A DNA stretch of 64,000 bases from Squalus acanthias. Its lineage: Eukaryota. A program made the translations under genes and the position numbers. The notes beneath the pieces were generated by a model. That model searched no databases and was not told the DNA's origin. It saw only the letters and a list, made by a program, of their open reading frames with translations. This document shows, in pieces, positions 23,965 through 35,980 of this stretch. Position 1 is the stretch's first letter. Every line of letters begins with the position of its first letter. The stretch covers positions 11,594,001 to 11,658,000 of the forward strand of contig CM059432.1 in assembly GCA_030390025.1 (NCBI GenBank), in the 5' to 3' direction.

Positions 23965-24695
23965 GAGTCAAATAAGAGCAGCTAATGTTTTCCATCAGCC
24001 ACTCTTGCATCTCTCAAGGCAACAGGAACCAAACTGTGCCAGACCGAACAGTTATTTCAGTTGCTGAAGGAGCAGGGGAGTGGGACTACTTGGATAAGAA
24101 CATAAGAAATAGGAGCAGGAGTAGGTCATATGGCCCCTCGAGCCTGCTCCGCCATTCAATAAGATCATGGCTGATCTTCTACCTCAACTCCACTTTCCCG
24201 CACTATCCCCGTATCCCTTGGTTCCCATAGTATCCAAAAATCTATCGATCTCAGTCTTGAATATACTCAACGACTGAGCCTCCACAGCCCTCTGGGGTAG
24301 AGAATTCCAAAGATTTGCAACCCTCTGAGTGAAGAAATTTCTCCTCATCTCAATCCTAAATGGCTGATCCCTTATTCTGAGACTGTGGCCCCTAGTTCTA
24401 GACTCCCCAGCCAGGGGAAACATTCTCCCAGTGTCTACCCTGTCAATCCCCCTCAGAATCTTGTATGTTTCAATGAGATCACCTCACATGCTTCTAAACT
24501 CCAGAGAGTAGAGGCCCATTCTACTCAAACTCTCCTCATAGGACAATCCCCCGCGCCCCCCCCCCCATCCCAGGAATCGGTCTGGTGAACCTTCGTTGCA
24601 CTCCCTCTAAGCCAAGTATATCCTTCCTTAGGTAAGGATAGTCTCTTTCAAAGAGCCGGCACAGGCACGATGGGCCAAATGGCCTCCTTCCGTGC
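23965..24695. repeat. Local duplication, copy 1 (unique flank plus a CR1 nested in a CR1 tail)
   Basis: Colinear with 26392-27115, including both insertion junctions. Confidence 0.88.
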
Positions 24696-25156
24696 AGAAC
24701 AGCAGAGCTCATGTGCAGCAACATTAAACAGCCCTGTCGTTACAATGCTGAATGCTCGCAAGCTTAGAAATGAGCTTCACATATTTTGAGTTTCGTCAAT
24801 GAACAAAAATATTATTAAAGCATTATCAGAAATCAGCTGTATGCAGCATGACTCACCACTGAAATAATCAGTTTAATGCTGGAGGAAGCATTTCTTCAAA
24901 GCCAATCGGATTCAGTCACGCAGCCGCGTGTTTCTAAAGACATAGCCACCCACTCCAGAGATGAAAGTGTTGTTGTCAGCTGCACGTAACAGGAGCCAGA
25001 CTTCAGTGAGTGAGTCATTGACGCTGAATTATTGGACCATTGGAATTCTGATCGAACACAGAATTCAAAGATAGACGACCCCAAATGAAGAGGAAGTGAG
25101 ACGCAGATTATGCTTAAAAATAAAAGAAAATGGGTGATTTTTTTTTGTGCGTTCAG

Positions 25157-25563
25157 GTACGGTACCATAGTGGTTATGTCACTGGGCTCGTAATCCAGAG
25201 GCCTGGACTAATGATCCAGAGACGTGAGTTCAAATCCCACCACAGCAGCTGCTGGGGGAATTTAAATTTAGTTAATTAAATAAATCTGGAATTTAAAGCT
25301 AGTATCAGTAACGTTAACCATGAAACTACCAGATTGTCATTAAAAACCTATTGTCCTATGAGGAGAGATGGCCTAATATGTGACTCCAGACCCACAGCAA
25401 TGTGGTTGACTCTTAAACTGCCCCTCTGAAACGGCCCAAGCAAGCCACTCAGTTGTACAAGAAGGCAGCTCACCACCATCTTCTCGAGGGCAATTAGGGA
25501 TGGGCAATAAATGCTGTCCTTGCCAGCGACGCCCACATCCCAAGAACGAATAAAAAAAAAAAT
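25157..25563 (+). mobile_element. tRNA-derived SINE of the family-B type (copy 2)
   Basis: Same head, body and tail as 6845-7275; junction CTCAGTTGTA|CAAGAAGGCAGCTCACC. Confidence 0.88.
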
Positions 25564-26391
25564 CAAGGTGACGTTTGTTTATGCCGGGGAAATAAAATAT
25601 TTCCCCCATTTTGGGTACCCAATATCAGCATTGAGCATTCCCAGATTAGATAGAGCATGGTTAGGTGCAGAGGAGGGTTTCCTCTACTCTGCCCTGACCA
25701 TGTGCCCCAACTTCAGAACAATCTATTACTGCGTTAACGTAACATTTTTTCAATTTCTCACTCCGGCCATCCGACAAGCTCCTTGAAGTGAGATTGCCAA
25801 TTTAAGGAGCAATTGGAATCATAGAATCTTACAGCACAGAAGTAGGCCATTCGGCCCATCGTGCCTGTGCCGGCTCTTTGAAAGAGCGATCCAATTAGTC
25901 TCACTCCCCCCTTGCTCTTTCCCCCATAGCCCTGTCATTTTTTTTCTTTTCGAGTGTATATTCAATTCCCTTTTGAAAGTTACTATTGAATCTGCTTCCA
26001 CCGCCCTTTCGGGCGACGCGTTCCAATTAAGGCCATTTAAGGGGCAGTTTTGAGCTGTAGGCTCGTACCCACTGAGCACTTGAGTGAAACTGTTCAGAGT
26101 CACTTCATGATAGACCCCTTAACAGCTACCAGAGAAAGGGCAGTGAGCCCATGCCCCAGAGGTGGAAAAACTGGTATTGACACAATTGTGCCATCCAGTA
26201 TGAGGTGCTTCAAAATACCAGCTGGCGGTACAAGTAATAAGCTTATGGTCTACTACATTTTCGAGCACTCCATTGACTCTTGTGGAATTTCCGTGCCCCG
26301 TTCCTACACCGCTCAACATACAATCTGGTGTCACTGTTAAAGGGGCAAAAGACATTAAAATCCAGGGCGTAGTTTGTGTGGCTAAATCGTG

Positions 26392-27115
26392 TCAGAGGCA
26401 AATAAGAGCAGCTAATGTTTTGCATCAGCCACTCTTGCATCTCTCAAGGCAACGGGAACCAAACTGTGCCAGACTGAACAGTTATTTCAATTGCAGAAAG
26501 AGCAGGGGAGTGGGACTAATTGGATAAGAACATAAGAAATAGGAGCAGGGTAGGCCAGACGGCCCCTCGAGCCTGCCCCGCCATTCAATAAGATCATGGC
26601 TGATCATCTACCTCAACTCCACCTCCCCACGTTATCCCCATATCCCCCGATTCCCTTTGTATCCAAAAATCTATCGATCTCTGTCTCGAATATATTCAAC
26701 GACTGAGCCTCCACAGCCCTCTGGGGTAGAGAATTCTAAAGATTCACCACCCTCTTAGTGAAGAAATTTCTCCTCATCTCAGTCCTAATTGGCCGACCCC
26801 TTATTCTGAGACTGTGACTCCTGGTTCTAGACTCCCCAGCCAGGGGAAACATCCTCCCTGCATCGACCCTGTCAAGGCCCTGTAAGAATTTTGTATGTTT
26901 CAATGAGATCGCCTCTCATTCTTCTAAACTCTAGAGAATAAAGGCCTAGTCTACTCAATCTCTCCTCGTAGGACAATTCCCCCCACCCTAAGAATCAGTC
27001 TGGTGAACCTTTGTTGCACTCCCTCTAAGGCAAGTATATCCTTCCTTAGGTAAGGATAGTCTCTTTCGAAGAACCGGCACAGGACACGATGGGCCGAATG
27101 GCCTCCTTCTGTACT
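26392..27115. repeat. Local duplication, copy 2
   Basis: Colinear with 23965-24695. Confidence 0.88.
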
Positions 27116-28486
27116 GTAGGTTTCTATGATGACTGGATGCGTGCTTTAAGTTTCCCTTCACGCCCACAGAGTTGATTTTTTTTTTTTTGACAATCGTTTT
27201 AGCAAATGTTTTAATTCCAATTTTCATTTCATTAGGTTAGCAGCACTAATTTAGCTAAAGAATGTTGCGGGTTCTGGGACGGCGATCGGGAGTGCATCAC
27301 AATTCATACCTGGGAAACCGAGGTTACGTCAGGCTCCCAGTAAGAATGGGATTTAGGAGAGTATAGCATGAACACTCCTGTGGATATTTCTGTGGGTGTG
27401 TGCCGACTATAATTATGTAATAAAAATTGAATCACAGCCTCGCTTTGGGTGATGGTGCTGTTTAAATGTTACATTTAATTATTGAACATATAATTACGCC
27501 TGCATTGTACTGCAGGAGAATCTATTCTGGAAAGTTCAGAGTACCTGACAGTTGAATTTTGAAACTACTTGCGGGGTTTTTTGTTCCCTGGTGTTATCCC
27601 AAATGTACATTTATAAAATTATAACTATCGGGACAGACTGAATAGGCTGCAGGGGCTCTTTTCTCTAGAAAAGAGAATACCTGATAGGGGTCTTTAAGAT
27701 TATGAAGGGGTTCGATAGGGTAGACGTAGAGAAAATGTTTCCGCTCGTGGGGTCGTAAATATAAGATAGTCACTAATAAATCCAATAAGGAATTCAGGTG
27801 AAACTTCTTTACCCAGAGAGTGATTAGGATGTGGAACTCGCTACCACAGGGAGTGGTGAGGGGAAGCTAGATAAGCACATGAGGGAGAAAGGAATAGAAG
27901 GTTATGCTGACAGGGTGAGATGAGGTGGGGTGGGAGGAGGCTCGTGTGGAGCACAAACACCGGCACGGACCAGTTGGGCCGAATGGCCTCTTTCTGTGCT
28001 GTAAATTTGATGTAGTTCTATGTCAAATTAACGACATGATCACAAAACGTTTTTACCTTTCAAAACCCCGTATTTCATTTGTATTTGCAATTAAGATGCA
28101 GGCTGCCAGTTGGGACATTTTTTTCGCGTTGAAGGATACAGGAGAAAATGGGATTGAACGTTTCTCACAAAACCAAACAAAACAAAACCTGAGTTCTTAA
28201 TTCCACCAAGCCCTGGAAATGAAGAAACACGTTCTCCCCACTGAGCCCTGAATACTGCTTCAACATTTCCCTTTCATACCAGGTGTAAGAACATTTGAAT
28301 CCGACACCAAATATGGTTGCAACATAAGCCATTTATTGTGTTTGACCAAGTCTTTGACACACGCAATGTCTCTAGAAACATAGAAACTAGGAGCAGGAGT
28401 AGGCCATTCGGCTCGTCGAGCCTGCTCCACCATTCAATACGATCATGGCTGATCATCCAAATCCAGTACCCTGTCCCTGCTTTATC

Positions 28487-28806
28487 ACACAGAATCCCCA
28501 TCGAGCCTGCACCGACACATATCCCACCCTATCCCCGTAACCCCACGTATTTAATTCCCCCTAACATATCCCTTCCTATCCTATCCCCGTAACCCCACAT
28601 ATTTAATCCCCCCCTAACACTAAGGGTCAATTTATCATAGCCAAATCAACCTAACCCGCACATTTTTGGACTGTGGGAGGAAACCGGAGCACCCGGAGGA
28701 AACCCACGCAGACACGGGGAGAATGTGCAAACTCCACACAGACAGTCACCCGGGGCCGGATTCGAACCCGGGTCCCTGGCGCTGTGAGGCACCAGTGCTA
28801 ACCACT
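28487..28806 (-). mobile_element. HE1-type V-SINE
   Basis: Reverse complement of 17460-17765, with a short internal tandem duplication. Confidence 0.9.
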
Positions 28807-28869
28807 GATGCGGCCGGACCTGCTGTGATTTCCAGCAAAAAAAGTTTTTTGTTTTCCATACAGACACCA

Positions 28870-29178
28870 GCATCTGCCTCATTGTCTTTGATGTAATGTT
28901 TTGCTGACTGACCTGTTTGGACACCATCCACACCTTTGATTGCCGTGATTATCTCTCTGCCGAGGTGTGGTAAAGGGCAGTTGGAAAGATTAACTGTAAT
29001 CATCTGGCTGTGTTCTCTGACTATATATGCTGTGACTATATGCATCTCTTCACTTCACCTGACGAAGGAGCAGCGCTCCGAAAGCTTGTGATTTCAAATA
29101 AACCTGTTGGACTGTAACCTGGTGTTGTGCGACTTCTCACATTTGTCCACCCCAGTCCAACACCGGCATCTCCACATC
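28870..29178 (+). mobile_element. Penelope-like element pLTR (second PLE family)
   Basis: Nearly identical (inverted) to 54795-55045 and related to the GIY-YIG-bearing copy at 40759-41279. Confidence 0.85.
29055..29091 (+). ncRNA. Minimal type I hammerhead ribozyme motif (second family)
   Basis: TCAC-CTGACGA-A-GGAGC-AGC-GCTCC-GAAA-GCTT-GTGA. Confidence 0.75.
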
Positions 29179-29307
29179 TAAGCAGGAGACATACAGAGAA
29201 ATATTGTCCTGCTTTTCCTCTGGGTAGAGACGTAACCTTCATCGATCCTGACTCTCTCTACAAATTGTTAAGGAGAGCGCAAGATCTTTATGGGCCTCTA
29301 GTCATAA

Positions 29308-29771
29308 AGAAAGAAAGACTTGCATTTATATAGTGCCTTTCACGACCTCAAGACATTCCAAAGCGCTTTACAGCCAATTAAGTACTTTTGGGGTGCAGTC
29401 ACTGTTGTAATGTAGGAAACACGGCAGCCAATTTGCGCACAGCAAGCTCCCGCAAACAACAACATGATAATGGCCAGATAATCTGTTTTAGTGATGCTGA
29501 TTGAGGGATAAATATTGGCCACAACACCGAGGATAACTGCTCATCTTCGAAATAGTCCCGGGGGATCTTTTATGCCCACCTGAGAAGCACACGGGGACCT
29601 CGGTTTAACGTCTCATCCGAATGACGGCACCGCCGACAGTGCAGCGCTCCCTCAGCACTGCACTGGGACTGTCAGCCTAGCTTTATGCGCTCAAGTCTCT
29701 GGAGTGGGACTCGAACCCACAACCTTCCGACTCAGAGGCGAGGGTGCTACCCACTGAGCCACAACTGACAC
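29308..29771 (-). mobile_element. SacSINE1-like DeuSINE, full length
   Basis: Head GTCAGTTGTGGCTCAGTGGG..GGGTTCGAGTCC through the (TTTC)n tail. Confidence 0.88.
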
Positions 29772-30853
29772 TACAAGGGGAGTGGAGAATGCGGGCGACC
29801 ATCCTGCTACCTCTCACAACAATCCCACTACCATGCACACTGTCCTTGATGATTCATTATATCCTGATAAGTTATTGTGAAAAAGACCCCCAGAAATGAG
29901 GCAGTTCCTACAAAACACCAGACGGTCAATCGGTTTACCATTAAGCAAGTAACTAATCATCTTCGACCTATTGTATGCCAGCTGTGGCTCAGTGGTAGCA
30001 CTCTCACCTCTGAGTCAGAAGGTTGTGGGTTCAAAATTTGTGCACTAAATTTAGGCTGACAATCCAGTGCAGTACTGAGGGAGTGCTGTACTGTCAGAGG
30101 TGCCATCTTTCGAATGAGATGTTAAACTGAGACCCCGTCTGGCCTCTCGGATGGATGTAAAAGATCCCATGGCACTATTTCGATTGATGATTTTGAATAT
30201 TGTTGATTTTCAGTATATATTTATCCTGCATGCTCAGCGTTCTTCCTTTAAAGATGTTCCACTTGTCCTCTACTGATATTATACTACTTCAGGCAGCAGC
30301 CCAGTTATATTGCCTTTCGTATAGCTCACGCAAATGTAAAGTACCAAGCCAAAGGCCGGAATTTTCCTTACCTTGGCAGGTCCGGTGCGGCCGGTGTCCG
30401 TGGCGGGTCGCGACCCCGCTGCTGGCTCCATCCCACTGTAGAAAATGAACTTGCCTTAATGGGGTCTATTAAGCCCGCCTAGCACGTTACCCGACCCAAT
30501 TAGATGGAGCGGGCCTGCTGACGTCATTCATGACGCGTTTTAAGCTGGGATCCTTAAAGGCCACATTAAATTTTAATTTTAATCTAACATAATGGGTGTT
30601 GAATCTTTACTGTGCAATAATATAAAAAAGTTATATATGAGTGACAAAGAAATATTTAAATAATATTATCATTAAGTAATATGACTCCATCTACAAATAC
30701 GATCAAGAACATAATTAAAACTACATTAATTGGGAAGTTATTGGTGCTTTAGTCACAAATCTATAGACTTTTGTATCGGTAACTAGGACAAATAAAAGAT
30801 GTGTGTGTATAGGTAACACATAAAATTAAGCAGATTTTAAATGTAATTGTAAA

Positions 30854-31010
30854 GGGTTGGATTTACAATCTTATGTAAGTTCAGCGGAAGAGCTGCGGAA
30901 TCCCTGACAAACAGTGTAAGTGGTGCTTACAGTGTGTTTCTGGGATTTCTGCAGCTCTTACATTAAAGTTAACGATGGACAAGTGAGAGAACCTCTGCAG
31001 AAATTCACCC
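30854..31010. mobile_element. Small palindromic MITE (Harbinger-like termini)
   Basis: Termini GGGTTGGATTT / AAATTCACCC; internal hairpin AGAGCTGCGGAATCCC..GGGATTTCTGCAGCTCT. Confidence 0.6.
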
Positions 31011-31946
31011 TAAAGTCTCAAACTGAAAAAGTAAATTAGTCATATTCACAGACTGAAAGCAAATTGAACCAGTGGAATGAGTGACGAGAATGAAATTGTT
31101 ACGGTTGATGTCTTGATTTAATGTGTAACTGGACAATCACAGCATACTGTGAGAAAAACCTGACCAGAATCAACACAAAAATAGATTTAAATGGTGTATG
31201 TGTTATTTTTTACAGTGCAGATCAATTCACTGCAATTACTGTTCAGTTGGAAGGCAACAGCCGAGAATGGCCAGGGAAAAATTAACATTTACCAGTAGCA
31301 TTTCAAGTAGAACAGAATCTCCAACAATCTGTTAGCCGATGTAATCAACATGTTTTTACTTTGGTTTGTTTTCCGTGCTGTCAAGTAATCAGCTGAAGCA
31401 ATGGCCACGGAACTCCTGCCTCAGGTTGACAGACGCGGTTCCCGAGCTGTGTGAATGCCGTGGCCATGCAGGGAAATTAAAAAAGTAGTTGGGGGGGGGG
31501 GGGGGAAGCTGTTAAGTGCCTGTAAAGTACCTCATAATGATTTCAATTGGGTCCCCCGCCGCTGCAGGTCGGGTCAGCTCTGTGCTGACAAACGCGCCTG
31601 TGGGAAAGGCGTGTGGGAGCGAGTTGACAGCGGGTTCCCGATCCGCTGTCAAAAAAAAAACAACTTTCCCACCTGACCCACCACCGATCGCGCCCGCTAC
31701 CACCCCGGAAAATTCAGCCCAAATTGTTTGAGAGCTTCCTGTAATTGTCAGCAGTAAGTGTGAATGATAAACAGTTGGGGCTGGACTTTCCTTCGCCTAT
31801 GCCTTTTTCATTCTAATGCTTTTGGCCACCCATTCACCGGTCCGCCAAATGGAAATGGTGACTGGGAGGTGGGGCCCAGCAGCCTGGCCGATTTTCTAGT
31901 GGCACCGCCAACCTCACGGAGGTTCAGGTGAGTGGTGGGAGTATAA

Positions 31947-32190
31947 CTCAGAGATGCCCAGGTGAGACGTGGCAGTAAACCTCAGAGATGCCCAGGTGAG
32001 ACGTGGCAGTAAACCTCAGGGATGTCCAGGTGAGTGATGGCAGTGGACCTCAGGGATGTCCAGGTGAGTGATGGCAGTGGACCTCAGGGATGTTCAGGTG
32101 AGTGATGGCAGTGGACCTCAGGGATGTCCAGGTGAGACGTGGCAGTGGACCTCAGGGATGCCCAGGTGAGTGATGGCAGTGGACCTCAGA
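31947..32190. repeat. 34-bp minisatellite, 7 copies plus a degenerate upstream unit
   Basis: Unit CTCAG(A/G)GATG(C/T)CCAGGTGAG(ACG/TGA)TGGCAGT(AA/GG)AC. Confidence 0.95.
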
Positions 32191-32389
32191 GCAGTGGCAG
32201 AAGAGCCACTGAAGCCCCGTGTGGAGGGAGAGGCTGCAGCTGTGGTCACCTCACTCTCTTCGCAGGCCCTAACAATGTACCTTATTTATTAGGCTTTGTC
32301 TCAATCTGAGGCCTGAACTTTAATTGTTCTTCACCTTTTTCGGGGAATTTCTGCTCCCTTTTAGAGTTGGCCTACCTCGTCTGGTGCTG

Positions 32390-33541
32390 CAAGGGGTGTC
32401 TTGCAGCTGAAGATGGTTGGGCCTAGGACGCTGCCCTGAGGAACTCTTGCAGCGATGTCCTGGGGCTGATTCCAGGTATGACTTCAGCCACTGGAGAGTT
32501 TCCCCCCCCGATTCCCATTGACTTCTGTTTTACTAGGGCTCCTTGGTGCCACACTCGGTCAAATGCTGCCTTGATGTCAAGGGCAGTCACTCTCACCTCA
32601 CCTCTGGAATTCAGCTCTTTTGTCCATGTTTGGACCAAGGCTGTAATGAGGTCTGGAGCCGAGTGGTCCTGGTGGACCCCAAACTGAGCATCGGTGAACA
32701 GGTTATTGGTGAGTAAGTGCCGCTTGATAGCACTGTCGATGACACCTTCCATCACTTTGCTGATGATTGAGAGTAGGCTTATATGACGGTAATTGGCCGG
32801 ATTGGATTTGTCCTGCTTTTTGTGGACAGGACATACCTGGGTGATTTTCCATATTATCGGGTAGATGCCAGTGTGGTACCTGTGCTGGAACAGCTTGGCT
32901 AGAGGTGCGGCTAGTTCTGGAGCACAAGTCTTCAGCACGACAGCCGGGATGTTGTCGGGACCCACAGCCTTTGCTGTATCCAGTGCGCTCAGCCATTTCT
33001 TGATATCAAGTGGAGAGAATCGAATTGGCTGGAGACTGTCTTCTGTGATGTTGGAGACCTCAGGAGGAGGCCAAGAAGGATCATCCACTCGGCCCTTCTG
33101 GCTGAAGGTATTGCTGGGCTCCACCATCATTGAGGAGGGGAATGTTAATGGAACCTCCTCCATCCGTTAGTTGTTTAATTGTCCACCACTATTTACAATT
33201 GGATGTGGCAGGATTGCGGAGCTTTGACCTGATTGCTTTGCTCTGTCTCTAGAATGCTGCTTCCGCTGTTTAGCATGCATGTAGTCCTGTGTTCTGGCTT
33301 CACCAGTTTGGCACCTGATTTTTAGGTACGCCTGGTGCTGCTCCTGGCATGCTCTTCTACACCCCTCACTGAACCAGGGTTGGCCATCTGGCTTGATGGT
33401 GATAGGGGAGTGAGGGATATGCCGGGCCATGAGGTTACAGATTGTGGTGGAATACAATTCTGCTGCTGCTGATGGTCCACAGCGCCTCGTGGATACCCAG
33501 TTTTGAGCTGCTAGATCTGTTCTAAATCTATCCCATTTAGC
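32390..33541 (-). mobile_element. Family-B LINE internal (linker + RT) fragment
   Basis: ORF 32423-33163: LKTCAPELAAPLAKLF..ANYRHISLLSIISKVMEG..ALDIKAAFDRVWHQG. Confidence 0.92.
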
Positions 33542-33659
33542 TGGATTATCCCACCAATTGGATGGATTAGCTCACAGCGCAGTTTGGTAGCTGTTCAACG
33601 AGTTGACCAACATTCTTGCAATTGCTTTCGGATTGGTCACAATTGGTTTTAACACACCT

Positions 33660-34425
33660 TGGCCGGAATGTTTACCTTCGGACCAATGTTCCCTCTAATT
33701 ATTTTATTCGTGCGTGGCCCCTTTAACTGGCTGCGCGGCCCATTCACATTTTCACGCACGTGCAGTTTCTTCCATGTAAAGTCCGGTGAGCGGCCTGCGC
33801 GGGATCACCAGACCGCCGCGTGGCATGCGCAGCTTAGCAGGAACGTTGCTGCAGGCCTGCTGGGGGCGGGAGGGAGGTGTGGGGGGAGGAGTCCGGAGAC
33901 GCGCGGGAAGTCCAAAAGCTTTTTTTTCTCCCCAGCCCGCACGCCGTCAGTCTGACGTCATTGACAGGTTCCCCGCCTGGAAGTCAGCCTGATTTGACAG
34001 GCTTTGCTTCCAGTTGGGTGGGGAACGCTTCTGAGGAGGCCGCAGGACCGCGGGGGTGGGGTGGGGCTGATGGTGGGGGAGCTTGGCGGGGGGGGGGGGG
34101 GGGGGGGAGGGCCGGGAGGAAGCACTCCTGCTCCTCCCGGCTCACAAGGAGTGCTCCCCGAGGCTGTCCTCGCCTCGCTGCCGCTGCCGGGATTGAGGAG
34201 GCTCGGGAAGCCCTGGCAAGGCCGCAAAGCAGGTTAAATCCGAGGCTTCCAACCTCATTATCATATTTAAAGTGCCAGCCTGCCTCCCGGGAGCGGGTTG
34301 GCTGCCCGCCTCTTGTCCCACCTCAGTAAAAGCTGGAAGTCGGCGGGTTGGAGCCGGCTTCCCGACAGGCTTCCGACTTTTCCTCATTTAACACTCCCAC
34401 CCGCTCACCTATGTTAAAAATCCCC
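33660..34425. mobile_element. GC-rich Harbinger-type MITE containing a nested hAT MITE (33684-33848)
   Basis: Outer termini GGCCGGAATGTTT / AAAAATCCCCC; inner TIRs CAATGTTCCC / AGGAACGTTG as at 3732-3864. Confidence 0.6.
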
Positions 34426-34984
34426 CTCCCTGTGAGTCTGCCATATGCTTACATTAACAGTATCCTTGGAGATTACACCATTAATCCTGGGTCCCTGCTG
34501 CTAACAGTGTAGGTTGTTCTGAACTTTGACCATAATGGCTGCACTCTGCTCCCTCTCTGGAGAGGCGACAGTAACCCTTTAAACAGCAGCATCTGCACTG
34601 TGCACTCTCACAGGATGTACCTGGGAGAAAATCTCCTGTAGTCTCTGAAGGAAATAAAAGTGCATTAATTACAGGAGCCGAACAGCAAACCAATTCTGGG
34701 TTAAGGTTTGTCACAGCAGTGGAGATGTTTGAGTCAGTATTTGCAAATGTTCCATATTAACATCTGTATTGAAGGTGATGTCTCTCTAGTGGTTTGGCTT
34801 GTTCAAGATGTAGGCCCATCAATAAATACAGTAAACGCCCAGAGATCTGTTCCTATTAATAAGAGGCTCAGTCAGTGAGCATTTGTACTGAAGTAACTAG
34901 GAGTGACTTCTTTTTCATTCCTGAATCTGTAGATTTAGCAGTCATTTCTTAATCCCAACACACAACAGTTGTGAGCTTTATTGA

Positions 34985-35570
34985 AAAAATATTTATTCTT
35001 GGGATGTGGGTGTCGCTGGCAAAGCTGGCATTTATTGCCCGTCCAGTTGTCAGCTGTGGCTCAGTTGGTAGCACCCTCGCCTCTGAGTCAGAAGTTTGTG
35101 GGTTCAAGTGCTGCACTGTCGGAGGTGCCGTCTTTCGGATGAGACGTTAAACCGAGGCCCCGTCTGCTCTCTCAGGTGGACGTAAAAGATCCCACAGCAC
35201 TATTTCGAAGAAGAGCAGGGGAGTTATCCCCGGTGTCCTGGGGCCAATATTTATCCCTCAATCAACATAACAAAAACAGTTTATCTGGTCATTATCACAT
35301 TGCTGTTTGTGGGATCTTGCTGTGCGCAAATTGGCTGCCGCGTTTCCCACATTACAACAGTGACTACACTCCAAAAAAGTACTTCATTGTCGTGAAAGGC
35401 ACTATATAAATGCAAGTCTTTCTTTATCCCGAGTTGCCCATTTGATACAACTGGGCGGCTAACTAGGCCACTTTGGAGGGCAGTTAGGAGTCAATCACGT
35501 CGTGTGGAACTGCAATCACGTATAGGCCAGACTGGCTAAGGATGGCAGGTTTCCTTCCCTAAAAGACATG
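34985..35570 (-). mobile_element. Family-B type SINE (copy 3, degraded), split by a SacSINE1-like insertion (35048-35425, +)
   Basis: Tail at 34985-35042 and body at ~35427-35570; the insert has a tRNA head and Deu body. Confidence 0.75.
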
Positions 35571-35579
35571 AAAGGGTGC

Positions 35580-35807
35580 TGACATGAATCTTGTCATTCA
35601 TGGAAAATGACTTATGAAATAATACTGGGCGGCCTGCTGGTGGCGCTGTCCAGGGAGAGTATAAATACTCGGGCACGGGCCCAGCTTGCTCAGGACATTC
35701 TTTAACAGGAACTAGTGAAGGACACAACTAGATCTCCATGTTGTAAAACAGTTGATTAAAGCCTTGTTTAACGCTTAGACCAAGTGCCTAGTAGTTTTTT
35801 TATGTCA
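35580..35807 (+). mobile_element. Solo LTR, 228 bp (Gypsy- or BEL-like)
   Basis: Termini TGACATGAA / TTTATGTCA; 5-bp TSD GGTGC (35575-35579, 35808-35812); TATAAATA 35660-35667; ATTAAA 35755-35760. Confidence 0.8.
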
Positions 35808-35864
35808 GGTGCTTCCTCAAGGGCGCAGTGCAGTGACTTGCAGGTAAAAGATAGTTTTCCACCC

Positions 35865-35975
35865 CTAAAATAAAAGCAGAAAACGCTCAGCAGGTCAGGC
35901 AGCATCTGTGGAGAGAGAAACAAGAGTTGACGTTTTAGTTCGATGACCTTTCATCGGAACTGGAAGATGTTAGAG
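35865..35975 (-). mobile_element. PLE end with a degenerate hammerhead motif (35925-35961)
   Basis: AGTT-CCGATGA-A-AGGTC-ATC-GAACT-AAAA-CGTC-AACT; core mutated. Confidence 0.7.
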
Positions 35976-35980
35976 ATGGA

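Noticed and set aside
31947..32190. CRISPR-like array (34-bp periodicity)
   Set aside because: Units are head-to-tail with no unique spacers, there are no cas genes, and the context is eukaryotic
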